A stretch of 43,097 nt of DNA from a virus. Lineage: Duplodnaviria; Caudoviricetes. The notes under the pieces were generated by a model, which did not search any database, had not been told where the DNA came from, and saw nothing but the letters and a program-made list of their open reading frames with translations. Position 1 is the first letter of the stretch; each line of letters opens with the position of its first letter. Below, one piece after another: positions 16,087 to 24,383 of this stretch. The DNA lies in the IMG/VR virus record IMGVR_UViG_3300009160_002016, positions 1 through 43,097 of that record; one strand, given 5' to 3'. The position numbers and the translations under genes were made by a program.

Positions 16087-16354
16087 CACCCCGATCACGG
16101 ACAACTGGGACCACCGGCTATGCCCTCACGGATTCCGCCCTGTGGCCCTATGCCGACAGCTTGAACGGGCTGCCAATGCCGCCAAGGCCAAGCTTGTCGA
16201 GGTTGAGGCTGCCGCCGAGGTCGCGCGATTCGAGCATCTGATTCGCGAGTCCGATCTTGAGCGCAAAATCCGCAACCTTGAGATGGGCGTTTGCCTTGAC
16301 CGCACGCCGCGCGTGAAGTCGATTGAGGAGTTTTTCACCCTGTTTGCCAGTTAA
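16052..16354 (+). CDS. Hypothetical coiled-coil protein
   Basis: Probable start MILKIH; 'TDTPITD...LCRQLER' motif common in small phage proteins. Confidence 0.6.
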   Translation: MILKIHDTPGTDTPITDNWDHRLCPHGFRPVALCRQLERAANAAKAKLVEVEAAAEVARFEHLIRESDLERKIRNLEMGVCLDRTPRVKSIEEFFTLFAS

Positions 16355-16358
16355 AACC

Positions 16359-16760
16359 ATGACGACATCCACACTTGAATCACCCGAACCTGACCTTTGG
16401 ACCCTGGCCGCCGCGCGGGAAGCCGCGAAGGCCGGGATGAAAACGGCCGCCGCGAACAACGGCGATCCCTATCAAGCCTACGCCCGACGCTTCGTGATTG
16501 GATTCCTTCGGGATAATCCGACCATGCACATCGACGAGCTTGAGCCGATGGGATTGCAGCCGCCCTCGAAAGGATGTAAGGCCGGGATCGGGGCGGTCAT
16601 ATCAGCGCTCGCCAAAGACAAATGGATCGTGAAGATCGCCGACGACCGAGTGCCAGGGGCGTTTCTCGCCAAGCCCTCCGTTTCCAGCCATGGTTCCCCG
16701 AAGTGGGTTTGGCAATCGTGCGCTCCTGAGTGGGGAGGCTCGCCGAAGACCGAAGCATGA
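16359..16760 (+). CDS. Hypothetical protein, possible winged helix
   Basis: 'AIGAV..LAK..WI' and 'SSHGSPKWVWQS' patterns. Confidence 0.6.
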   Translation: MTTSTLESPEPDLWTLAAAREAAKAGMKTAAANNGDPYQAYARRFVIGFLRDNPTMHIDELEPMGLQPPSKGCKAGIGAVISALAKDKWIVKIADDRVPGAFLAKPSVSSHGSPKWVWQSCAPEWGGSPKTEA

Positions 16761-17458
16761 GAAACGTCAACCTGCCAAAATCTCGCGTGTGGGTCCGCTG
16801 CGACGCCTTTGGACGCGACGCCTCGAAGTTTGAGCCCGCATGGTTGGTATCAGCCCGCGCCCTTCGCAACCGCCCCTTCGCCTTCCAAGTCTGGGTGGAC
16901 GCCTACGCCGCGTGCTACGACAAGATCCCGCCCCATTGCCTATACTGGCGCGAGCCGGAGGAATCCGATGCCGAAGCCCTTCCGCTCCACAAGGTGCAGA
17001 TGTGGGAATGCCTCAGCGGGTCAATCGAGTGCTGGCAAAAGGCGCAACTCGCCGACGTGCCGGTCATCGTCAACCTTGGGGGCGGCAAGATGACGGCGGG
17101 ACACTACTGGTTCACCCTCGACTTTCTCCCTGAAGGCCAAGGGCTCGGATACCTTGACGTTGGCGAGGCCGATTTATTGGAGGAGCACAAGGAGGCAAAC
17201 GTGATCAAGCTGGAGAACGGGCAAATCGCGATCTATCCAAACAACCGGCTCAAATGGCTGCCGCTTTCCCTCACGCCGCCCGGGGCCGCGAAGGCAATTC
17301 CAGACTGGGACGCCGCGAGCAACGGCCAATGGGACGAATGGTGGGGCGATTCCGACGAAATTATCGGAGGCGAGACGGCCTTTTTCTATGGCGCGAACGG
17401 CCGGACCCCGCATCCAGAACTTAATGAAAAGCTTTCCGCGAAGGAGAAAACCAAATGA
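16757..17458 (+). CDS. Conserved phage protein (EHK..VI.LENG..A.YPNNR family)
   Basis: 'LQ/QMW.C.S', 'G.Y.FT.D' and 'EEHKEANVIKLENGQIAIYPNNRLKW' match my recollection of a widespread aquatic-phage hypothetical family. Confidence 0.75.
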   Translation: MRNVNLPKSRVWVRCDAFGRDASKFEPAWLVSARALRNRPFAFQVWVDAYAACYDKIPPHCLYWREPEESDAEALPLHKVQMWECLSGSIECWQKAQLADVPVIVNLGGGKMTAGHYWFTLDFLPEGQGLGYLDVGEADLLEEHKEANVIKLENGQIAIYPNNRLKWLPLSLTPPGAAKAIPDWDAASNGQWDEWWGDSDEIIGGETAFFYGANGRTPHPELNEKLSAKEKTK

Positions 17459-17712
17459 CGATCCAACTCACCCCATCCTGGCAGTTGACCGACGAGCACG
17501 CGGCATCGAGCTACGGAATCCCGGTCCTTGCCAATCGCCACTCCGGCGAAGCCTTCGGACCTGACGACATCGTGCAATGCTACCCATCCTGGCCGATGCA
17601 ACCCGCACGCCAAGCCGTGGCCCGCATGGCGCTGACGGCCGGATACGCTGGGAGGCTTGGAAACGGCGGCATGGATTTCGTGGTGAAGTTTACCGGGGAA
17701 GTTGCAGCATGA
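17455..17712 (+). CDS. Hypothetical protein
   Basis: 85 aa, ATGA-coupled; 'LTDEHAASSYGIPVL...GPDD'. Confidence 0.7.
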   Translation: MTIQLTPSWQLTDEHAASSYGIPVLANRHSGEAFGPDDIVQCYPSWPMQPARQAVARMALTAGYAGRLGNGGMDFVVKFTGEVAA

Positions 17713-18182
17713 GCACCCTTGACCAATCCCGAGTTGCGGAAATCCGCAGGCTTCAAACCAAGCGCGACCAAAACAGGAATGCGCTCGAAGTCGCCGACGA
17801 AACCCTCGCTTTGGTTGAGGACGTGGGCCACGGCGCTTTGTCGGACAACGTGACGGCAGCGCGGCGCGTGATACTTGACGCCTTGGGCCGGGGCGGTGGG
17901 GACCGCGAGAGTCTTGATTCCCTGCCCCCGGCGTCGTCCCCGCCACAACATTTCCCGATATGGCTCATCATTGATCACGAGGGAGATCAATGGCACGGAG
18001 CATTCGTAAACAAAGGCGAGGCAGAATACGAGCTGGATGCAATCCGACAAAACCTGAATCAATCCCGCGAAATCTGGCATTTGGTTGAGTATCGCGAAGC
18101 GGCTCGGGAGGTTCGTGTCTTGACGATGGATTTTGAGGACGATGACGAAGAGGTCGCGGATCAACGGAAGGAGGAGCCGTGA
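17709..18182 (+). CDS. Hypothetical protein
   Basis: ATG at 17709 overlaps the upstream stop. Confidence 0.6.
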   Translation: MSTLDQSRVAEIRRLQTKRDQNRNALEVADETLALVEDVGHGALSDNVTAARRVILDALGRGGGDRESLDSLPPASSPPQHFPIWLIIDHEGDQWHGAFVNKGEAEYELDAIRQNLNQSREIWHLVEYREAAREVRVLTMDFEDDDEEVADQRKEEP

Positions 18183-18391
18183 GTGAGACGCGACAAGAAT
18201 ACGAGCCGGTCATTAGCGGTCGCGTGCGTTATGGCGATGAGTTTCGGCACGAAAGCGATGCGGTCTGGCAGCGGGTCGTTGGCCCGGTTTTGGGCGCCGA
18301 AGTTCCCGCCGAGACTCCATCGGGCTGGTTGTTCCGCCGCCCGATTTCACCGCGCCCTGATTTGTCAGCCTACGGAAAAGACCAGCGATGA
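18179..18391 (+). CDS. Hypothetical protein
   Basis: 70 aa, GTGA overlap. Confidence 0.55.
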   Translation: MSETRQEYEPVISGRVRYGDEFRHESDAVWQRVVGPVLGAEVPAETPSGWLFRRPISPRPDLSAYGKDQR

Positions 18392-18672
18392 GCGAGACAA
18401 ACGCAATTCACACCTTGCCGCCTCACGTATCAATGAAGGCGCACTACTCGGCTCAATACTTGCTCGACGGGCTCCTTTGCCCAAAAGGCATACGAGGTCT
18501 GTTGAAACTCACAGGAATTACCGAAGGCACTGTGGCGGCGTGCCTAGAGGAGATTCTGAACCCCGAAAAAGACGCCTGCCCCTCATGTACGGTCTGCGGT
18601 GACTCAGGTCGTGTGTGGCGTCCGATCTTTGAGCGATGGGATGCGTGCCGGTTTTGCGGGCGGGGTAGATAA
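18388..18672 (+). CDS. Small protein with C-terminal zinc finger
   Basis: CTVCGDSG...CRFC. Confidence 0.6.
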   Translation: MSETNAIHTLPPHVSMKAHYSAQYLLDGLLCPKGIRGLLKLTGITEGTVAACLEEILNPEKDACPSCTVCGDSGRVWRPIFERWDACRFCGRGR

Positions 18673-18736
18673 GGGAAATTAGCAAATCCGCCAAAATGCG
18701 CCGTGGTGCTTTTGGCTTTTCGTGATACATTGCCCG

Positions 18737-19324
18737 ATGAGTTCCCCCTCCAAGGAGCAAAAGCGTGATTCCGTCTTCTACACGGACGACGAGATGGAGT
18801 TGATTCTCGCGGCCATGTCGCGCCGAACGAAAACCGGCATCCGTGACCGGGCCGCCGTCATGGTCATGTGGCGCGGAATGCTCCGGGTTCGCGAGTGCCT
18901 TCAACTCCGGGTCGCGGATTTGGACCTGAAGACCGGAGAGCTTCGCGTTCTTCACGGAAAAGGAGACAAACCTCGAACGGTCGGACTCCCCCCGTCGGCC
19001 CTTGATTGCGTTGGGGCTTGGCTTGACGTGCGCAAGACTCTCCCGGCGACCAAGATGGACCCGATGTTCTGCTCGCTCTACGGCAAACCGCTTCATCCGT
19101 CCCACTTCCGGCACAAGCTCCCCCGGATCGCCGCCAAGATTGATCTGGGCAAACGCCTACACGCCCACGGGTTCCGACATTCTGGGGCCGTCCGCATGAA
19201 GCGCAAGGGGACCGACACCATGGATGTCTCGCGCGGTCTCGGTCACTCCAACATCGCGACGACGGAGAAGTATTTGCACCACCTCCGCGACGATTCCGTC
19301 ATCGCCGCGATGCGTGAGGAGTAG
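18737..19324 (+). CDS. Short tyrosine recombinase (catalytic domain only)
   Basis: Full catalytic set: R (MLRVRE), K (GKGDK), HxxR (HGFRH), H (LGHS) and Y (TTEKY); about 195 aa. Confidence 0.92.
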   Translation: MSSPSKEQKRDSVFYTDDEMELILAAMSRRTKTGIRDRAAVMVMWRGMLRVRECLQLRVADLDLKTGELRVLHGKGDKPRTVGLPPSALDCVGAWLDVRKTLPATKMDPMFCSLYGKPLHPSHFRHKLPRIAAKIDLGKRLHAHGFRHSGAVRMKRKGTDTMDVSRGLGHSNIATTEKYLHHLRDDSVIAAMREE

Positions 19325-19456
19325 GCAATTCCCTTCTCTATTTTAACCATAACAGCAATACTTTCCGTGAACCATCACGTTTACGCTCTGAAAGACTCAC
19401 CTTTCTGCTGAAAATGGTGATGTAGATGCAGAAAGAATTTAGCTCAGGAAAAAACC

Positions 19457-20155
19457 GTGAGAGTTTTGTGGCGCATGGACAGGATCGATTGCAAATCGCT
19501 GCGCAAAGCTTTGAATCCACTCAGGGTGGAGCCTTCTGTTCTATTGAATCCTGATGGCGGTTGGTGTCTTGGGTTCCCCTTGCTCCAAAAACGGTTTGTA
19601 GGGTATCTGCGCACTATTCGTGAAATTGAAACGTCACCGTTTTTCCCTATGACCAAGGACAAGGTCATATCTCAAGTGCCATATCCAGAACCTGTCGCTC
19701 TTGAGGATGAGCGCCGACAGTTTGAGCGCCGTTTTTTGCCATCAATTCACGTTTGCTTGCGCAAAGAAAATGAAGGGCGCATCTATTTTCTGGAGTGCAG
19801 TAATGGCCTTATCAAAATCGGCCGCACCCGAGGTGCAGTCAATGCGCGAGCGCAATGGGTTCAAAGGCATTTTGGCGTTGATGCGCGGGTGATCACGTCG
19901 ATTCCTGTGACCTGCGCATCTAGAGCGGAGCAAATGATTCACGGGCACTTTGGTCGATTCCACACGCCCGTGACTGGAGTCACAAGGAATTACAGCGGCA
20001 GCCTCACCAAAGGGGTCGAGTTTTTCTCCATCACGGTGGACCAAGTAATGGAAGTCGTTGATCGAATCGCAGGCCACAAAAACCCATCGCCCACGGCCAG
20101 ATACGACCGAAGAACCGAACGAGCCATGCAAGAGGCGCTCGCGAGAATCTCCTGA
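19457..20155 (+). CDS. T5orf172/GIY-YIG-like domain protein with an integrase-like C-terminal tail
   Basis: 'IYFL...LIKIGRT', 'AEQMIH..F' and 'EFF' motifs. The true start may be ATG 19649. Lower GC than the flanks. Confidence 0.75.
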   Translation: MRVLWRMDRIDCKSLRKALNPLRVEPSVLLNPDGGWCLGFPLLQKRFVGYLRTIREIETSPFFPMTKDKVISQVPYPEPVALEDERRQFERRFLPSIHVCLRKENEGRIYFLECSNGLIKIGRTRGAVNARAQWVQRHFGVDARVITSIPVTCASRAEQMIHGHFGRFHTPVTGVTRNYSGSLTKGVEFFSITVDQVMEVVDRIAGHKNPSPTARYDRRTERAMQEALARIS

Positions 20156-20161
20156 GCGACT

Positions 20162-20512
20162 ATGAAAACCCGAATTCACATCCAATCCTTTGGTCGCCCC
20201 GTGCTCGACCTCACGGCGGACCTGTCCCTAGATGACGCGATTGAGCTTGAGGGGGCGATCAACGCTTCAAACACGCTGCGGGCTCATGTTACGACGGTTG
20301 AGGATGCCGCGATTCCAGACAATGCGGCGCGACCATGGTTTTCAGGACAGACCGAGCCTCCGCCGTATTATCGAGGCCTACTTGAAGGCGAAACCGCCAA
20401 AGAAGGCGACTTGGTTTTCTCGCCGGTGAGTCAAATGTGGCATGAGCTGGCGCGAGGCTTTGGATGCCAAGTGGGCAAGGGCGATCGACTGGCGCGGAAA
20501 ATTCACTCATGA
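20162..20512 (+). CDS. Hypothetical protein
   Basis: 116 aa. Confidence 0.6.
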   Translation: MKTRIHIQSFGRPVLDLTADLSLDDAIELEGAINASNTLRAHVTTVEDAAIPDNAARPWFSGQTEPPPYYRGLLEGETAKEGDLVFSPVSQMWHELARGFGCQVGKGDRLARKIHS

Positions 20513-20949
20513 GCACCATCGACCTACGAACCTGCAAGCCGGGCACCACGCTCCGCACCCGATGCGGTGAAATCGGCACCTACCTTGAACATGCCGAAAA
20601 CCGCACGCATCCGGGACGCAATCACTGGGTGCAGATCCCGACCGCTCTTTGCTGGTATCGTGACGACGGACGGCTTGCGGACCATGACATCATGCCTTCC
20701 GACATCGTGGAGATCATTGCGGTTGCGTCCGCCGCCAAATGGACCGCAGAACGTCCCGCCGACCCCGGATACTACTGGATGCGCGACAAATCAGACCCGC
20801 TCGAAGAATGGACTGTCCTCTGGGCTCCGAATCCGAGCCAACCGGAGTTCGGTGAATGGGTCGGATGCGGATTTTCAGGCCGACACTACGCGGGCGAGAA
20901 TCACGAGTTTTGGTCTGCGCGGATTGAATCACCATCGACAAGGTCATGA
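20509..20949 (+). CDS. Hypothetical protein
   Basis: ATG at 20509 overlaps the upstream stop; 'WTAERP..PGYYW' phage motif. Confidence 0.65.
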   Translation: MSTIDLRTCKPGTTLRTRCGEIGTYLEHAENRTHPGRNHWVQIPTALCWYRDDGRLADHDIMPSDIVEIIAVASAAKWTAERPADPGYYWMRDKSDPLEEWTVLWAPNPSQPEFGEWVGCGFSGRHYAGENHEFWSARIESPSTRS

Positions 20950-21248
20950 AGAAGCCCAAGCACCCCGCCGAATGGACGCGCCACCTCCCCCGAGGAACAC
21001 CTGGACGCAGCGCAGCACCCGCCCGGGTTTCATGCGCGGTTCTCGCCTGCTTCCGCGACATGGGCGAGGGCGGACTCACCCGGCATCAAGTCCACGTCTA
21101 CGTATGCGAGCTGCATCCCACAAGCGAGCCGCCCGCCATTCGCAGATACGTAGACGACCGCATGGGAAACCTAGTGGCCGACGGGGTTCTGACGATCCGG
21201 GACCGGAAATGGTTTCTGGTCGATGACGAGGAAGGCCTGCCGCAATGA
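20946..21248 (+). CDS. Hypothetical protein, possible winged helix
   Basis: 100 aa, ATGA-coupled. Confidence 0.55.
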   Translation: MKKPKHPAEWTRHLPRGTPGRSAAPARVSCAVLACFRDMGEGGLTRHQVHVYVCELHPTSEPPAIRRYVDDRMGNLVADGVLTIRDRKWFLVDDEEGLPQ

Positions 21249-21649
21249 AGCGCACCGGAATCACCCGCAACAAGTTCGGTGCCGTCCGCGCCAAATCCAG
21301 CCTACTGGATCGCACCTTTGATTCCAAAGCGGAAATGCGGCGCGGCAACATGCTCCGGCTTCTGGAGCTGGCAGGTGAGATCACTGATCTGGAATTCCAG
21401 CCTCAGACCTATTTGAGTGCCGCCCAAATCGGTTACAAACCCGACTTCCGTTACCTTGAGGGTGGCGTCGTCATCTACGAGGAAGTCAAAGGGTTTGAAA
21501 CCGAGGGGTTTCGGATTCGATTCAAGCTTTGGGCGCACTACGGCCCGGCTCAGCTTCGTGTCCTGAAAGCGCGGGGCGATGGGTTTGTGGTCACAAAGAC
21601 GATTTTCCCGCCCGATCAAACCTTGAAAGGACCAGCCTCCGAGGGTTGA
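21245..21649 (+). CDS. DUF1064-family PD-(D/E)XK nuclease-like protein
   Basis: 'NKFGA', 'FDSKAE', 'AGEITDLEFQP', 'YKPDFRY' and 'EEVKG'. Confidence 0.85.
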   Translation: MKRTGITRNKFGAVRAKSSLLDRTFDSKAEMRRGNMLRLLELAGEITDLEFQPQTYLSAAQIGYKPDFRYLEGGVVIYEEVKGFETEGFRIRFKLWAHYGPAQLRVLKARGDGFVVTKTIFPPDQTLKGPASEG

Positions 21650-21885
21650 CCCTTCGGAGCCTTTACGGTGCGAGCCTCTCGGACGCGCCGCAGAAACGCT
21701 GTCAACTCATCGCGGCGTTGACCGTTTTTGACCGCCTCGGCCATGTCCCCACCTTTGACGGATGCGTCAACGATCATGCGGTCCAGCTCCGCGATGCGCT
21801 CGTTTGCCATCGTGACGACCTCGGCCCATTCCTTGAGTTCCACGAGCCGCGTCATTAGGTTTGCGCGAAGTTCAACGTCTGCCAT
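21616..21885 (-). CDS. Small helical hypothetical protein
   Basis: 89 aa with its own promoter-like TTGCAA-16-TAAGCT 5 nt upstream of the ATG. Confidence 0.55.
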   Translation of the reverse strand: MADVELRANLMTRLVELKEWAEVVTMANERIAELDRMIVDASVKGGDMAEAVKNGQRRDELTAFLRRVREARTVKAPKGQPSEAGPFKV

Positions 21886-21961
21886 GCGTCAGCTTAAGCG
21901 GTAGTCTCAAATTTGCAAATTCCGGTTGCGGACCAGTGGGGGTGTAATGTTAGAGTTCGGG

Positions 21962-22150
21962 ATGAACCTGAACGAACCCAACGACGCCAAAGACACGCCC
22001 CGCGCCATTCGCCCCGCCGGAAGCCTTTATACTGAGGAGGAACTTAGATCGCTAGCCGAGGACATTGTGAGATATGGTCCATCAACTACTCAACTATTGC
22101 TTGCGCTAGCTGGTAAGAGGGTGGACAATCCTCTTCATGGGTGCAATTAA
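21962..22150 (+). CDS. Hypothetical protein
   Basis: About 62 aa, preceded by a -10-like TAGAGT. Confidence 0.45.
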   Translation: MNLNEPNDAKDTPRAIRPAGSLYTEEELRSLAEDIVRYGPSTTQLLLALAGKRVDNPLHGCN

Positions 22151-22826
22151 ACCGGAAGGATGTGCAGTTGAAGGGTGTGAGGCAAAACGACACGCAGGGG
22201 TGTATTGTTGCCGACATTACACCAGATTCATTCGCCATGGCGATCCACTAAAAGGTGAGCGCAGAAAGCGTCCTAAATGCACCATTGAAGGATGCGGAAA
22301 GCCACACTTTGCGCACGGGCATTGCGTTGCCCACTACACGCGAGTTCGAAACCACGGCGATGTAAATGCAGACTTTTCACGGCGCAACAACGTGGAGTTC
22401 ATCGAAAGCATGAAAGACTACCAGGGTGATGAGTGCGTTGTTTGGCCGTATTTTCGCAACCCTAAAGGCTACGGGCAGTGCATTGTGACGGTCAATGGGA
22501 TTCTCTACAGATACGCCCACCGCGCAGTCCTTGCCGGTGCCTGCCCTCCAGACCCATCCAAGCCGAGAGCTTTGCATAAGTGCCACAACGGGCATCTGGG
22601 ATGCGTTAACCCAAATCATCTTTATTGGGGGACTGATAAAGACAACCGCAGAGACATCGTTGAGTCCGGCAAGAATGTGTTGAAGTTGAATAAAGCGCAA
22701 GTCATCGAAATAAAAAGGCTTCTCGCAGAAGAAACTTACACACATTCCGTCATCGCAAAGATGTTCGGCGTATCCAGGGCGATGATTGGGAATATCAGTC
22801 AAGGACGAAACTGGGTCGGCGCGTAG
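22137..22826 (+). CDS. HNH (homing-type) endonuclease
   Basis: Two CxxxxC...CxxHY repeats, HNH core 'AHR...LHKCHN..GCVNPNHL.WGT..DN..D' and a C-terminal HTH; lower GC. Confidence 0.9.
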   Translation: MGAIKPEGCAVEGCEAKRHAGVYCCRHYTRFIRHGDPLKGERRKRPKCTIEGCGKPHFAHGHCVAHYTRVRNHGDVNADFSRRNNVEFIESMKDYQGDECVVWPYFRNPKGYGQCIVTVNGILYRYAHRAVLAGACPPDPSKPRALHKCHNGHLGCVNPNHLYWGTDKDNRRDIVESGKNVLKLNKAQVIEIKRLLAEETYTHSVIAKMFGVSRAMIGNISQGRNWVGA

Positions 22827-22904
22827 TCGCCACCTTCAAGCACCATCGGCGACACTCCGCGCGGTTCTGCCTCCCGCCCTCTCGCGCACGCGCTAAGGTG
22901 CGGG

Positions 22905-24377
22905 ATGGGATTCGCGGCAGACTACATGGACCGGAAGACGGGCAAGAAACCTGTCGTTGATCTTGGCGGAAACGCCTCGTTGGAAAAGGCCAAGGCGAAC
23001 CAAGCTGCCGAAGGGGTTACAAAAGACGACTACGCGGCAGCCACTGCCCCTGAGCTGAACGGCTACGACGCCTATGTCGCCTCGGCAATCGGCGGAGCGT
23101 CCCGGACGTTGAGCGGGAAACGCGGCGGCGGCGCCAAATACAACGAGGGCCGGTTCAAGGGCAAGACTAAGTTCGAGGCCATGGCGATCCTCGACAAACA
23201 GTATCGGGAAATGGGTGACGAGGGGCGGGCTTCGTGGGAGCAACGCCAGAACACTCCGCTCTCTCAATCGCAAATGGACATCCGGGCCAAGGCTGCGGAT
23301 GCGCGGAACCGGATCGCGGTGACGGGGCTTGGTCAATCTGGTGGCACTTCCAGCGGTCCCGCCGAAGTGAATGCTGGACCTTCCTATAGCCAGCCAGGCA
23401 CACCTAAAACACGGGCAGAGTTGGAGAAACCTATGGGTGCGCGCCCGCAGAGCACCGGACCAGTGCAAGGCGCGGTTGCTCAAGACGGGCCATCCGGACT
23501 CAATGGAGCGCGTCAGCAAAGCACGGGCGGGATTCAAGGTGCGCGAGGACTTGGGAGCGTTTCCGGCGTGCAGGGCGCTGGTCCGCTGAATGCCTCGCCA
23601 TTATTGCCCGCTGATCGGCCCGCAGCTCCACCGTCATGGGAGGGCAAAAACGCCGCATCGACCTTCCGCGAACGGGCTCAGACCGCGATGGCGATGGGCG
23701 TGATTGGTCCGCAATCGACCTACAACGGATCAGGGTCGGAGCCGCAAACCAAAACCGCCACTCGTGCCGATCGCAATATTGCAGTATTGGGTCCGCCCGC
23801 CAAAGCGGCAACGAATGTAATGGGTGACGGGCCGGTGCAAGGCCCAAAGCTCCCGACGTTTGACAAAAATGCCGCCACCGCCAAAGCAGAAAGCGAGGTC
23901 GCGTCGATGTTCGCCAACGCTCGCGCCACAGTGCCAGCCCCGCGAACTGACGTTAAGGCTCCCGCCTTGCCTGAACCGACGCAAGCGGTTCGTAATGCCG
24001 CGAAGACGTTTGCAAAGCGCGAAGCGGATCGCGCATACAAGGGTGGGCCGTTCGCTCAAAGCGAATACAAGCCGACATCTTTCATTGATTCCCCGGAATA
24101 CAAGGCGGCGCAATCCGCCCCGGCTCCGCAAATCGCAGCGCGACCACCCAGCTCACGAGTCGGGAGGGATGCGCCCGCGCCGCCGACTGTTGACAGCATG
24201 GTGCAAAAGGTGATGGGCAAGCCACGGACTCCCACAGAGTTCACGCAAGTTGCCCGAACCGGCGGACGCGCCGGGGCAACCAAGCGCGTCGCTGGCGCAT
24301 TCAACGCCTCGCCGCTTTACACATCACCGGTCCGCACCGCTGCCCCGAAAGCTCTAGCCGCCAACTCTCCCCGCTAA
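22905..24377 (+). CDS. Low-complexity Ala/Pro/Gly-rich protein, putative internal virion (ejection) protein
   Basis: 490 aa, ends 6 nt before the giant gene, in the same frame. Confidence 0.7.
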   Translation: MGFAADYMDRKTGKKPVVDLGGNASLEKAKANQAAEGVTKDDYAAATAPELNGYDAYVASAIGGASRTLSGKRGGGAKYNEGRFKGKTKFEAMAILDKQYREMGDEGRASWEQRQNTPLSQSQMDIRAKAADARNRIAVTGLGQSGGTSSGPAEVNAGPSYSQPGTPKTRAELEKPMGARPQSTGPVQGAVAQDGPSGLNGARQQSTGGIQGARGLGSVSGVQGAGPLNASPLLPADRPAAPPSWEGKNAASTFRERAQTAMAMGVIGPQSTYNGSGSEPQTKTATRADRNIAVLGPPAKAATNVMGDGPVQGPKLPTFDKNAATAKAESEVASMFANARATVPAPRTDVKAPALPEPTQAVRNAAKTFAKREADRAYKGGPFAQSEYKPTSFIDSPEYKAAQSAPAPQIAARPPSSRVGRDAPAPPTVDSMVQKVMGKPRTPTEFTQVARTGGRAGATKRVAGAFNASPLYTSPVRTAAPKALAANSPR

Positions 24378-24383
24378 TCCGCC

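Noticed and set aside
19325-19456. attP or dif-like site downstream of the recombinase
   Set aside because: AT-rich, but I could not identify a core repeat, a tRNA 3' fragment or a XerC/D-like dyad.
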